NCBI GenBank assembly: GCA_041161265.1
Contig: JBEAUV010000001.1
Coordinates: forward strand, 1 to 41,749
Direction of reading: 5' to 3'
From: Bacteroidota bacterium
GTDB taxonomy: Bacteria > Bacteroidota > Bacteroidia > Flavobacteriales_D > Crocinitomicaceae
Length of the DNA stretch: 41,749 nt
Shown in pieces: positions 11,550-20,960 of the stretch. The position numbers were made by a program, and so were the translations under genes. Numbering within the stretch: position 1 is the stretch's first letter; every line of letters begins with the position of its first letter. The notes under the pieces were generated by a model. That model saw nothing but the letters and a program-made list of their open reading frames with translations. It was not told the DNA's origin and did no database searches.

Positions 11550-11855
11550 TTAAACTTTAATTTCTACGTCTACTCCACTTGGTAGCTCTAATCTCATTAG
11601 TGCATCAACAGTCTTCGCAGAAGAACTATAGATATCTAACAATCTTTTGTATGAACATAATTCAAATTGCTCACGCGCTTTTTTCATTACGTGTGGAGAT
11701 TTCAATACAGTATAAATACGTTTGTGTGTTGGTAATGGAATTGGTCCACTTACTACTGCACCTGTTGCTTTAACTGTTTTAACAATTTTCTCTGCCGATT
11801 TGTCAACCAAATTGTGATCGTACGACTTTAACTTTATTCTTATTCTTTGGCTCAT
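11550..11855 (-). CDS. rpsJ: 30S ribosomal protein S10
   Basis: 101 aa starting [14 protein letters not shown], the canonical S10 start. It lies only 30 nt downstream of fusA. Confidence 0.97.
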   Translation of the reverse strand: MSQRIRIKLKSYDHNLVDKSAEKIVKTVKATGAVVSGPIPLPTHKRIYTVLKSPHVMKKAREQFELCSYKRLLDIYSSSAKTVDALMRLELPSGVDVEIKV

Positions 11856-11885
11856 CTAGTTAATTATTAAGCTGATACTTTAAAA

Positions 11886-13973
11886 TTATTTTTTTGCAAC
11901 TATAGCTTCTGCAACATTTTTAGGTGCTTCAGAATAGTGCGAAAATTCCATTGTAGAAGTAGCTCTACCTGAAGAGATTGTTCTAAGTTGAGTTACATAA
12001 CCGAACATTTCTGATAAAGGAACGTCAGCTTTTAACACTTTCGAACCATTCTTATCATCCATTCCTTTCATATATCCACGACGACGATTTAAATCTCCTA
12101 CGATATCACCCATGTTCTCTTCTGGAGTAATAACTTCTAATTTCATTATTGGTTCCAATAATATTGGTCCACAATTTTTCAAAGCAGCGCGATATGCCAT
12201 CTTAGCTGCTAATTCAAATGACAATGAATCTGAATCGACAGCATGGAATGAACCATCAAGCAATTCAACTTTCATAGCTTCAACTGGGTAACCAGCAAGA
12301 ACACCATTTTTCATTGATTCTTTGAATCCTTTTTCAACTGAAGGAATAAATTCACGAGGAATGTTTCCACCTTTAATTGAATTGACAAATTCTAATCCTG
12401 TTTTCTCCTCATTATCTTGAGGTGAAATTTTGATTACAATATCAGCAAATTTACCACGACCACCAGATTGTTTTTTATAAACTTCTCTATGTTCAATAGC
12501 TTTAGTAATATCTTCTCTATATGTAACTTGAGGAGCTCCTTGATTTACTTCCACTTTAAACTCACGTTTCAAACGGTCGATAATAATTTCAAGATGAAGC
12601 TCACCCATTCCAGATATAATTGTTTGTCCAGACTCTTCGTCAGTATTTACACGGAAAGTTGGATCTTCTTCAGCTAATTTGTATAAACCAGTTGACAATC
12701 TATCCATATCTGCTTGAGTTTTTGGCTCAATAGCAATACCGATAACTGGATCTGGGAAGTCCATAGATTCCAAAATAATTGGGTGTCCTTCTGCACATAA
12801 AGTATCTCCTGTACGAATATCTTTAAATCCTACAACAGCACCAATATCACCAGCTCCTAACTCATCAATTTGATTTTGTTTGTTAGCATGCATTTGGAAA
12901 ATACGAGAAATCCGTTCTTTGTTTTCTGAACGTGTATTATAAACATATGATCCTGCAGGTAAAACTCCTGAATAAGCACGAACGAAACACAAACGACCAA
13001 CGAAAGGATCTGTTGCAATTTTAAATGCTAATCCTGCAAACGGCTCATCAAAAGATGGTTGACGAGTAACAGGAAGATCAGTTTTAGGATTGATACCAGT
13101 AATTCCATCAACATCAAGTGGTGAAGGAAGAATTTCCATTACCATATCTAACATTGATTGAACTCCTTTATTCTTAAATGCAGTTCCACACATCATTGGA
13201 ACAACTTTTCCACTGATTGTAGCTTGTCTTAAGGCATCCAAAATTTCTCTTTCTGTCAAAGACTGTGGATCAACAAAATATTTCTCCATCAAAGTGTCAT
13301 CAAATTCAGCAACTGCTTCCAATAATTTCTCTCTGTATTCAGTAGCTTCTTCTAAAACATCAGCAGGAATTTCAACTTCTTGAAAAGTCATCCCTTGATC
13401 ATGCTCATTCCAAACGATTCCCTTAAAATTAATTAAATCAACCACACCTTTAAATGTCTCTTCATTTCCAATTGGAATTTGAAGAGGTAAAGCATGACTT
13501 CCTAACATATCTTTTACTTGACGACAAACGTTTAAGAAATCAGAACCTTGACGGTCCATTTTATTTACAAAACCAATACGTGGAACGTTGTAGTTATTAG
13601 CCAAACGCCAGTTTGTTTCAGATTGAGGTTCAACACCATCAACAGCTGAAAACAAGAATACTAAACCATCTAGCACACGCAATGAACGATTTACTTCAAC
13701 AGTAAAATCAACGTGTCCTGGAGTATCAATAATATTAACGTGGTATTTATCACCTCTGTAATTCCAATCTAGTGTCGTAGCAGCAGAAGTAATTGTAATA
13801 CCTCTTTCTTGCTCTTGTTCCATCCAGTCCATTGTTGCAGCACCATCATGTACTTCACCAATTTTATGACTTACACCACCATAATAAAGAATACGTTCAG
13901 TCGTTGTAGTTTTCCCCGCATCAATATGTGCAGCGATACCTATGTTACGAGTATATTTAAGATCTCTAGCCAT
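11886..13973 (-). CDS. fusA: elongation factor G
   Basis: 695 aa with GTPase motifs [17 protein letters not shown] and NKMD. It occupies the str-operon position. Confidence 0.97.
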   Translation of the reverse strand: MARDLKYTRNIGIAAHIDAGKTTTTERILYYGGVSHKIGEVHDGAATMDWMEQEQERGITITSAATTLDWNYRGDKYHVNIIDTPGHVDFTVEVNRSLRVLDGLVFLFSAVDGVEPQSETNWRLANNYNVPRIGFVNKMDRQGSDFLNVCRQVKDMLGSHALPLQIPIGNEETFKGVVDLINFKGIVWNEHDQGMTFQEVEIPADVLEEATEYREKLLEAVAEFDDTLMEKYFVDPQSLTEREILDALRQATISGKVVPMMCGTAFKNKGVQSMLDMVMEILPSPLDVDGITGINPKTDLPVTRQPSFDEPFAGLAFKIATDPFVGRLCFVRAYSGVLPAGSYVYNTRSENKERISRIFQMHANKQNQIDELGAGDIGAVVGFKDIRTGDTLCAEGHPIILESMDFPDPVIGIAIEPKTQADMDRLSTGLYKLAEEDPTFRVNTDEESGQTIISGMGELHLEIIIDRLKREFKVEVNQGAPQVTYREDITKAIEHREVYKKQSGGRGKFADIVIKISPQDNEEKTGLEFVNSIKGGNIPREFIPSVEKGFKESMKNGVLAGYPVEAMKVELLDGSFHAVDSDSLSFELAAKMAYRAALKNCGPILLEPIMKLEVITPEENMGDIVGDLNRRRGYMKGMDDKNGSKVLKADVPLSEMFGYVTQLRTISSGRATSTMEFSHYSEAPKNVAEAIVAKK

Positions 13974-13978
13974 TTCTA

Positions 13979-14449
13979 TTAAAATCTAAAATGTGAGAAT
14001 GCTTTGTTTGCCTCAGCCATTCTTAAGGTATCTTCTTTCTTCTTATAAGCAGCACCTTCTTCTTTCGAAGCAGCGATGATTTCAGAAGCTAATTTCCCAG
14101 CCATTGTTTTTTCGTTACGTCTACGTGAGTAACTAATTAACCATTTCATAGCTAAAGATGATTTTCTGTCTTCACGAACAGCAGTAGGGATTTGGAAAGT
14201 AGCTCCACCTACACGGCGACTACGAACCTCAACACTTGGAGTTACATTTTCTAATGCTTTTCTCCAAACGTCTAATCCATCTTGATCTTCGATTTTCTTG
14301 TCTACGATTTCAATCGCCTCGTAGAATATCTTAAATGCTAAATTCTTTTTTCCGTCATACATTAAGTTGTTAACGAATTTTGTTACCACAACATCCTTAA
14401 ACTTTGGATCTGGTAGAATCGCAATCTTTTTGGCTTTTCTTCTTCTCAT
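13979..14449 (-). CDS. rpsG: 30S ribosomal protein S7
   Basis: 156 aa, S7-like (LPDPKFKD...[16 protein letters not shown]), between rpsL and fusA. Confidence 0.97.
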   Translation of the reverse strand: MRRRKAKKIAILPDPKFKDVVVTKFVNNLMYDGKKNLAFKIFYEAIEIVDKKIEDQDGLDVWRKALENVTPSVEVRSRRVGGATFQIPTAVREDRKSSLAMKWLISYSRRRNEKTMAGKLASEIIAASKEEGAAYKKKEDTLRMAEANKAFSHFRF

Positions 14450-14465
14450 GTCTTAAGAGCTATAA

Positions 14466-14843
14466 TTATTTTTGTTTAGGTCTTTTCGTTCCATACTTAG
14501 AACGACGTTGTGTTCTTCCTTCAACACCAGCAGTATCTTCAGCTCCACGTACAATGTGGTATCTAACACCCGGAAGATCTTTTACTCTTCCTCCACGTAC
14601 TAGTACTAATGAGTGCTCTTGCAAATTGTGACCTTCACCACCGATATAAGCATTGACTTCCTTTCCGTTAGTCAAACGCACCCTTGCTACTTTTCTCATA
14701 GCCGAGTTCGGTTTTTTAGGAGTGGTTGTGTAAACTCTTACACACACACCTTTACGCTGTGGACATGAATCAAGTGCGGCAGACTTACTCTTCTTTACTA
14801 CCGCTGTTCTTCCTTTGCGAACTAATTGTTGTATAGTTGGCAT
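14466..14843 (-). CDS. rpsL: 30S ribosomal protein S12
   Basis: 125 aa starting [12 protein letters not shown], with TTPKKPNSA and [14 protein letters not shown]. It is the first gene of the superoperon. Confidence 0.97.
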   Translation of the reverse strand: MPTIQQLVRKGRTAVVKKSKSAALDSCPQRKGVCVRVYTTTPKKPNSAMRKVARVRLTNGKEVNAYIGGEGHNLQEHSLVLVRGGRVKDLPGVRYHIVRGAEDTAGVEGRTQRRSKYGTKRPKQK

Positions 14844-14900
14844 AAAATACTCTTAATTTTTATTAATATATAAAACACCCCAAACGCACTTTGAGGGGTG

Positions 14901-14930
14901 CAAAGATATCCATTTAATTTTAAAATCCAA
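14901..14930 (-). promoter_or_regulatory. Candidate Bacteroidota-type promoter for the rpsL superoperon
   Basis: The minus strand reads TTG (14930-14928), a 19-nt spacer, then TATCTTTG (14908-14901). This matches the TTG / TAnnTTTG (-33/-7) consensus known for Bacteroidota. It lies about 58 nt upstream of the rpsL ATG. Confidence 0.55.
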
Positions 14931-15064
14931 CTGGTTAGCAAAAAAAAGTCAAGTTTTTTCACATAATAGTGTTTACATCTTTTTATTATGCGAACTATTA
15001 ATTATAAATTATTGATTTACAATATATTAATCCGATAAACACCAATCCTAATTGTTTTTAAAAC

Positions 15065-15098
15065 AAAAAACTCTTGTTACTAAACGCGACAAGAGTTT
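15065..15098 (-). terminator. Rho-independent terminator after pdhB
   Basis: Minus-strand RNA forms the stem ACUCUUGU / ACAAGAGU (8 bp, extendable by AA/UU) around an 11-nt loop, followed by a U-run (A-run 15065-15070 on the plus strand). It lies 27 nt past the pdhB stop. Confidence 0.7.
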
Positions 15099-15124
15099 CA
15101 ATTCTATTTAAAAATAGAATTTTA

Positions 15125-16105
15125 TTAATTTCTATACAATGTACTTTTTGTTGCCTTGATAATTCTATCAACATTTGGTAATGCCTCATCAATTAATGTC
15201 GGAGAGAAAGCAAAAGGTGTGTCCGTTTGAGTTACCCTCATAACTGGCGCGTCCAAATAATCAAAGGCATATCGTTGCAAATGGTAAGCAATTTCAGAAG
15301 AAATAGATGCTAATGGCCACGACTCTTCAACTACAACACAACGATGTGTTTTCTTAACTGATTCAACAACACATGCGTAATCAATAGGTCGAACAGTTCT
15401 CAAATCAATTATTTCAACTGAAATACCTTCTTTTTCTAAAACTGCTGCAGCTTCAAAAGCAACTTTAATTATTTTCCCAAAAGTTACTATAGTAACATCT
15501 GTTCCTTTTCTTTTAACATCTGCAACTCCAATTGGAATTATATATTCTCCTTCAGGAATTTCACCTTTATCTCCATACATTTTTTCTGATTCCAAAAAAA
15601 CAACAGGATCATTATCTCTAATAGCAGCTTTTAACAATCCTTTTGCATCATAAGGATTCGAAGGTGTAATTACTTTTAGTCCTGGAACATGTGCATAAAA
15701 CGCTTCAAAACTTTGAGAGTGTGTTGCTGCTAACTGACCTGCAGTTCCATTTCCTCCTCTAAAAACTATTGGACAAGAATATTGACCACCTGACATCTGC
15801 AACATTTTTGCAGCACTATTAATAATTTGATCTGCAGCCAAAATAGCAAAGTTCCATGTCATGAATTCAACTATTGGTCTCAAACCGTTCATAGATGCAC
15901 CAACAGCAATTCCTGTAAAGCCTAATTCAGCAATTGGTGTATCGATTACTCTTTTTGGTCCAAATTCATCAAGCATTCCTTGTGAAACTTTATAAGCACC
16001 ATTGTATTCAGCAACTTCTTCACCCATTAAAAATACAGACTCATCTCGTCTCATTTCTTCTGACATTGCTTCACGTAAGGCTTCTCTAAATTGTACTGTT
16101 TTCAT
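15125..16105 (-). CDS. pdhB: pyruvate (2-oxoacid) dehydrogenase E1 component, beta subunit
   Basis: 326 aa with a transketolase-like pyrimidine-binding and C-terminal domain pattern (VFLMGEEV..YNGAYKV..GL...FG..RVIDTPIAE.GF.G). No alpha subunit gene is adjacent. Confidence 0.85.
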   Translation of the reverse strand: MKTVQFREALREAMSEEMRRDESVFLMGEEVAEYNGAYKVSQGMLDEFGPKRVIDTPIAELGFTGIAVGASMNGLRPIVEFMTWNFAILAADQIINSAAKMLQMSGGQYSCPIVFRGGNGTAGQLAATHSQSFEAFYAHVPGLKVITPSNPYDAKGLLKAAIRDNDPVVFLESEKMYGDKGEIPEGEYIIPIGVADVKRKGTDVTIVTFGKIIKVAFEAAAVLEKEGISVEIIDLRTVRPIDYACVVESVKKTHRCVVVEESWPLASISSEIAYHLQRYAFDYLDAPVMRVTQTDTPFAFSPTLIDEALPNVDRIIKATKSTLYRN

Positions 16106-16136
16106 AAAATCTTGAATTATTTCCCGTAAGGATTGC

Positions 16137-16144
16137 CAAAAATA
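16137..16144 (-). promoter_or_regulatory. Candidate -7 box for pdhB
   Basis: The minus strand reads TATTTTTG (TAnnTTTG) 31 nt upstream of the pdhB ATG. A possible TTG lies at 16163-16161, but its spacing (16 nt) is short. Confidence 0.4.
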
Positions 16145-16225
16145 ATAAAATAGTAAGAAACAACAGTTATTAATTCTAAACTTAAAAACTTTTGATTTTC
16201 CGAAAACACATCGTAAATATTTGTT

Positions 16226-16233
16226 TAAATTTG
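16226..16233 (+). promoter_or_regulatory. Candidate -7 box for etfBA
   Basis: TAAATTTG (TAnnTTTG) lies 24 nt upstream of the etfB ATG. I found no convincing -33 TTG at the expected spacing. Confidence 0.35.
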
Positions 16234-16257
16234 CGCACGTATAGAAAATAGAGAAAA

Positions 16258-16998
16258 ATGAAAATACTTGTATGTATCAGTAAATCCCCAGATACAACTT
16301 CAAAAATTGCATTTGTAGATCAAAACACAAAGTTCGATGAGAATGGTGTTCAATATATTATCAATCCTTATGATGAGTGGTATGCACTTGTTAGAGCGCT
16401 TGAAATAAAAGAAACTTTAGGAGGAGATGTAACTGTAATTACTGTTGGTCCTATTGCAGATGATGCTATTATAAGAAAAGCATTAGCGATTGGCGCAGAT
16501 GATGCTGTAAGAATAGATGCAGATCCAACAGATGCTTATTATACAGCCGTTCAAATTGCAGAATATGCAAAAACAAATAATTTTGATCTAGTATTGACAG
16601 GAAAAGAAACTATTAATTATAATGGTTCACAAGTTGCTGGAATGATTGCTGAATCATTAAACTTCCCTTTTGTTTCATTGGCAACTAAATTGGATGTTAA
16701 TGGTTCTATCTTAACATTAGAAAGAGAAATAGCTGGCGGACTTCAAGTTGTAGAAGTATCATTGCCTGCTGTTGTTTCTTGTGCAAAAGGAATGGCTGAA
16801 CAACGAATTCCAAATATGCGCGGAATTATGGCAGCAAGAACAAAATCACTTCAAGTCGTTGCGCCTGTGTCAGTTGATCTTTTAACGACATATGTTAATT
16901 ACACAATGCCAAATGCTAAATCTTCTTGTAAGATGATTGATCCTATGAACATGGATGAACTTGTAGCATTACTTCATAACGAAGCGAAAGTAATTTAA
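16258..16998 (+). CDS. etfB: electron transfer flavoprotein, beta subunit
   Basis: 246 aa starting MKILVCISKSPDTTSKI, with NPYDEWYALVRALE, a typical EtfB sequence. It is followed by etfA. Confidence 0.92.
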   Translation: MKILVCISKSPDTTSKIAFVDQNTKFDENGVQYIINPYDEWYALVRALEIKETLGGDVTVITVGPIADDAIIRKALAIGADDAVRIDADPTDAYYTAVQIAEYAKTNNFDLVLTGKETINYNGSQVAGMIAESLNFPFVSLATKLDVNGSILTLEREIAGGLQVVEVSLPAVVSCAKGMAEQRIPNMRGIMAARTKSLQVVAPVSVDLLTTYVNYTMPNAKSSCKMIDPMNMDELVALLHNEAKVI

Positions 16999-17032
16999 TT
17001 AGAAATTAGTCTTACCGACAAAAAAAAAGATT

Positions 17033-17977
17033 ATGTCAGTTTTAGTATATATAAATAGTAACAGTGGTTTGCACAAATCTGCATTAGAGACTGTGAGCTA
17101 TGGTAAAAAATTAGGCGGAAATTTAACCGTTATTACATCTGGTTCTGCTGATGAATCCAAATTAGCAACTTTGGGTAAATATGGTGCAAACAAAGTACTT
17201 GTTGACCGATCAATCCAAGGAGATGATGATCAGCAATTAACACAATTAATTGCTGCTGCTGCCGATTCTGTTGGAGCAACAACAATTTTGTTTTCTCACG
17301 ATTTAACAGCAAAAGCTGTTGCGCCTCGTTTATCAGTTCGTTTAAAAGCGGGTTTGATTTCAGGAGCGATTGAATTACCTGCTGCAGATGGAACAGTTAA
17401 AGTGAATGTTTTTTCAGGTAAAGCTTTTGGTTCTGTAAAAGTGAATTCTTCTGTTAAGATTATTTCATTGTTACCAAATAGTTTTCAACCAGAAGAAAAT
17501 GGATCTGATTGCGTAGTTGAAAGTTTTTCAGCAAATGCACCAGCAAGTTTAATTAAAGTATTAAGCACTAAAAAACCTGAAGGTGAAATTCCATTGCCTG
17601 AAGCAGAATTAGTTGTTTCTGCAGGTAGAGGAATGAAAGGTCCTGAAAACTGGGGAATGGTAGAGGATCTTGCTACTGCATTAGGAGCAGCAACAGCTTG
17701 TTCTCGACCAGTTGCAGATATTGGGTGGAGACCTCATCATGAACATGTAGGTCAAACCGGTGTTGCGATTAGACCCAACTTATATATTGCAATTGGAATT
17801 TCAGGGGCAATTCAACATTTAGCGGGAGTTAATGGTTCAAAAGTGATTGTTGCCATAAATACGGATGCAGAGGCACCTTTCTTTAAAGCAGCTGATTACG
17901 GTGTTTTAGGTGATGCCTTTGAAGTATTACCAAGATTAACTGAGGCTGTGAAAAAATTCAAAGCTTCAGGACATTAA
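17033..17977 (+). CDS. etfA: electron transfer flavoprotein, alpha subunit
   Basis: 314 aa with the C-terminal FAD-binding signature YIAIGISGAIQHLAGV. Confidence 0.92.
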   Translation: MSVLVYINSNSGLHKSALETVSYGKKLGGNLTVITSGSADESKLATLGKYGANKVLVDRSIQGDDDQQLTQLIAAAADSVGATTILFSHDLTAKAVAPRLSVRLKAGLISGAIELPAADGTVKVNVFSGKAFGSVKVNSSVKIISLLPNSFQPEENGSDCVVESFSANAPASLIKVLSTKKPEGEIPLPEAELVVSAGRGMKGPENWGMVEDLATALGAATACSRPVADIGWRPHHEHVGQTGVAIRPNLYIAIGISGAIQHLAGVNGSKVIVAINTDAEAPFFKAADYGVLGDAFEVLPRLTEAVKKFKASGH

Positions 17978-18020
17978 AATTATCAATAGAAATAGTATTT
18001 TTACAATTAATAAATTATTT

Positions 18021-18049
18021 TAGGGAAGCGAAAACTTCCCTAATTTTTT
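18021..18049 (+). terminator. Rho-independent terminator after etfA
   Basis: The stem TAGGGAAG / CTTCCCTA (8 bp) closes a 6-nt loop and is followed by ATTTTTT. Confidence 0.75.
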
Positions 18050-18051
18050 AG

Positions 18052-18060
18052 TAGATTTTG
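18052..18060 (+). promoter_or_regulatory. Near-consensus -7 box ahead of the DUF151-nupG cluster
   Basis: TAGATTTTG has one extra T relative to TAnnTTTG. It sits immediately after the etfA terminator and 17 nt before the ATG at 18077. Confidence 0.3.
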
Positions 18061-18076
18061 AGGTATTGAAGGAAGA

Positions 18077-18664
18077 ATGGATAAAATAAAACTTGATATT
18101 GCTGGTTTATCTTACAGTCAAACACAGTCTGGTGCTTATGCATTAGTATTAGCCGAATCTGGAGGAAAAAGACAATTGCCAATTATTATTGGTGGTTTTG
18201 AAGCTCAAGCTATTGCAATTGAGTTGGAAAAAATGACCCCAACTCGACCATTAACACATGATTTATTCAAACATTTTGCACAAGCCTTTTCGATTGGAGT
18301 CAAAGAAATTGTTATTTACAATTTAATTGAAGGTATCTTTTACTCCAAAATTATTTGTGAACGTGAAGGTCAGGTGACTGAAATAGATGCAAGAACATCT
18401 GACGCAATTGCCATAGGTGTTCGTTTTAATTGTCCTATTTTCACCTTTGAAAACATACTTTCGAGTGCTGGAATTTTAATGGATGAGAATCAATCCAAGG
18501 ATGACGATTTCTCTATTGAAGATGATGAAACAATACAACCCGAAGGATCTTTAACAAATCTCAATTTAGAAGAATTAGAAAATCAACTTAATGATGCCAT
18601 TAATGATGAGGATTATGAATTAGCATCAAGAATTCGAGACGAAATCAACAAAAGAACAAGCTAA
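18077..18664 (+). CDS. bifunctional nuclease (DUF151) family protein with a C-terminal UVR motif
   Basis: 195 aa. The N-terminal part resembles DUF151 (YALVLAESGGKRQLPIIIGGFEAQAIAIELE...RPLTHDL). An acidic linker leads to a C-terminal UvrB/UvrC-type motif (EDYELASRIRDEI). Confidence 0.7.
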   Translation: MDKIKLDIAGLSYSQTQSGAYALVLAESGGKRQLPIIIGGFEAQAIAIELEKMTPTRPLTHDLFKHFAQAFSIGVKEIVIYNLIEGIFYSKIICEREGQVTEIDARTSDAIAIGVRFNCPIFTFENILSSAGILMDENQSKDDDFSIEDDETIQPEGSLTNLNLEELENQLNDAINDEDYELASRIRDEINKRTS

Positions 18665-18676
18665 TTAATTTTCAAT

Positions 18677-19939
18677 ATGCAGTTTTCAATAAAGAATCGT
18701 CTGATTATAATGAACTTTCTGCAGTTTTTTGTTTGGGGTTCTTGGTTGATTACAATAGCAAATTATTGGTTTGAAACAAAACAATGGGGAGGTGCAGAAT
18801 TTGGTGCAATCTTTTCGACATTAGGACTTTCATCTTTATTTATGCCAACCTTAACAGGTATTATTGCTGATAGATGGATTAATGCTGAGAAACTATATGG
18901 AGTTTTGCACTTCTTTGGGGGAATCGCTCTTTTTTCAATTCCTTTGGTAGAAAACCCTAGTACTTTCTTTTGGTTAATCTTCGTTGCAATGATATGTTAT
19001 ATGCCAACTATCTCTTTGGCTAATTCCATTTCTTATAATGTTTTAAAGGCTAAAAGTCTTGATATTGTGAAGGTTTTTCCTCCGATTAGAGTTTGGGGAA
19101 CAATTGGTTTTATTGTAGCTATGTGGACAACAAACTTAACCGGCAATAAAGCATTAGCAGGACAGTTTTACATAGCTGGTGCAGCAGCAATAATTCTTGC
19201 TATTTATGCATTTACTTTACCAAAATGTATCCCAACAAAGCACGTTACACAAAAATCATCTCTCATTGAAACTTTAGGTTTAGATGCTTTTAAATTATTT
19301 GCAAAATACAAAATGGCTTTGTTTTTCTTGTTCTCAATGATGTTAGGTGCAGCCTTGCAATTAACAAATATGTATGGCGATCTTTACATTTCAGAATTTA
19401 AAAATGTACCTCAGTATGCGGACTCATTAGTTGTGAAATATTCAACAGTTATAATGTCAATTTCTCAAATTTCTGAAACCTTGTTTATTCTAGCCATTCC
19501 GTTCTTCCTTAAACGTTTTGGAATAAAACGTGTCATGTTAATTAGTATGTTCGCTTGGGTTTTGAGATTTGGGTTACTTGCTTTTGGCAATCCTGCAGAA
19601 GGGCTATGGATGATTATCGTTTCATGTATTGTTTATGGAATGGCATTCGACTTTTTTAATATTTCAGGCTCTCTATTTGTTGAATCAACCACTGATTCAC
19701 GCATTCGATCAAGTGCCCAAGGATTATTTATGATGATGACTAATGGCGTTGGAGCTGTTTTTGGAAGTTATACCAGCGGAATTATTATCGAAAAGTTCTT
19801 TTTACTCTCAAATGGCACAAAAGATTGGCAAAACATTTGGCTAGCTTTTGCTGCATACGCGCTTGTCGTTTCAATACTATTTGCTTTTCTGTTCAAACAT
19901 AAACACAATGCAATCGAGTTTCAAAATTTCAATCATTAA
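18677..19939 (+). CDS. MFS nucleoside permease (NupG/XapB-like)
   Basis: 420 aa, about 12 TM segments. The N-terminus (RLIIMNFLQFFVWGSWLITIANYW...GIIADRW) resembles the NupG family. Confidence 0.75.
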   Translation: MQFSIKNRLIIMNFLQFFVWGSWLITIANYWFETKQWGGAEFGAIFSTLGLSSLFMPTLTGIIADRWINAEKLYGVLHFFGGIALFSIPLVENPSTFFWLIFVAMICYMPTISLANSISYNVLKAKSLDIVKVFPPIRVWGTIGFIVAMWTTNLTGNKALAGQFYIAGAAAIILAIYAFTLPKCIPTKHVTQKSSLIETLGLDAFKLFAKYKMALFFLFSMMLGAALQLTNMYGDLYISEFKNVPQYADSLVVKYSTVIMSISQISETLFILAIPFFLKRFGIKRVMLISMFAWVLRFGLLAFGNPAEGLWMIIVSCIVYGMAFDFFNISGSLFVESTTDSRIRSSAQGLFMMMTNGVGAVFGSYTSGIIIEKFFLLSNGTKDWQNIWLAFAAYALVVSILFAFLFKHKHNAIEFQNFNH

Positions 19940-19946
19940 TTAAATC

Positions 19947-20918
19947 ATGAGTTTTGAAAATCAAATTTTTTCAATAAACTCAGATGCAGATTTTGAAAGA
20001 ATTGCACTTGAGATATTTCAGTTTCAAGTTGAAAATTGCACTGTTTACAATCAATTTTGCAAAAACATTCTTAAAAAAACACCTTTAAAGATTGAAGAAA
20101 TTCCTTTTCTTCCTATTTCCTTTTTCAAAACACACGACATTAGAATAGATTCCAAAAAAGAGGTTGAACATACGTTTTACAGCAGTGGAACAACAGGCGA
20201 AAATCGGAGTAAACATCTTATCTTGAATACTCGCATTTATGAAGAATCGTTCTTGAATACGTATCGAAAATATATTGGAGATCCAAAAGGCCATGTAATT
20301 CTTGCATTGCTTCCAAATTATCTTGAACAAGGAAATTCTAGCTTGGTTTATATGGTCGATGCTTTAATTAAACTTACCAATTCAGATGTTTCAGGATTTC
20401 TCTTGAATAAATTAGATGAAATTGAAGAAAAATATATTCAAGCTCTGTCATCAGCAAAAAAAGTTGTGATATTTGGTGTTTCTTATGCATTACTTGACCT
20501 TGCAGAAAAAAAAATCAATCTTTCAGAAGCATTTATTATTGAAACGGGTGGTATGAAAGGTCGCCGCAAAGAAATGACGAAGGACGAACTCCATGAGCTA
20601 TTAATTGATGGCTTAAAGGTTCCATTCATTAGTTCAGAATATGGAATGACCGAATTACTTTCACAAGCCTACAGTAACAAAGACGGGCTGTTTAAAACTC
20701 CATCTTGGATGAAAATATTAATTCGTGATTTGAACGATCCATTCAACTATTTAGAAAATGGTAAAACTGGAGGAATAAATATTATAGATTTAGCTAATCT
20801 ATACAGTTGTAGTTTCATTTCATCTCAAGATTTGGGAAAAATAGAACATGATTCCTTCCGTATTATGGGTCGATTCGATAATTCTGATATTCGTGGTTGT
20901 AATTTAATGGTCGAATAA
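19947..20918 (+). CDS. LuxE/PaaK-like acyl-adenylate-forming enzyme, usually annotated as acyl transferase
   Basis: 323 aa with the adenylation P-loop-like motif YSSGTTGENRSKH, followed later by ETGGMKGRRKEM and SEYGMTE. Confidence 0.6.
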   Translation: MSFENQIFSINSDADFERIALEIFQFQVENCTVYNQFCKNILKKTPLKIEEIPFLPISFFKTHDIRIDSKKEVEHTFYSSGTTGENRSKHLILNTRIYEESFLNTYRKYIGDPKGHVILALLPNYLEQGNSSLVYMVDALIKLTNSDVSGFLLNKLDEIEEKYIQALSSAKKVVIFGVSYALLDLAEKKINLSEAFIIETGGMKGRRKEMTKDELHELLIDGLKVPFISSEYGMTELLSQAYSNKDGLFKTPSWMKILIRDLNDPFNYLENGKTGGINIIDLANLYSCSFISSQDLGKIEHDSFRIMGRFDNSDIRGCNLMVE

Positions 20919-20960
20919 TCATGATTAATTCCTTACTTTTATTCTAAATTCTTCAATCCT

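Noticed and set aside
810-14631. Many 60-82-aa ORFs in the ORF track lie antisense to, or out of frame within, the ribosomal-protein, secY and fusA genes. Examples are 810-1013, 2020-2223, 2255-2476, 2856-3038, 4067-4306, 5612-5860, 6337-6531, 6851-7042, 7193-7378, 9706-9912, 10049-10297, 10622-10852, 11579-11773, 12468-12677 and 14404-14631.
   Set aside because: Each is fully embedded in a highly conserved gene. Their products are low-complexity and rich in Phe, Ser, Leu and Cys, as expected from reading AT-rich coding DNA in the wrong frame. None has its own promoter or terminator.
15101-15120. A perfect AT-rich palindrome, ATTCTATTTAAAAATAGAAT, just after the pdhB stop, and a similar one (AATTC...GAATT) at about 38793-38813.
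   Set aside because: Short A/T palindromes are expected by chance in DNA this AT-rich. The first is adjacent to a better terminator, which already explains transcript termination.
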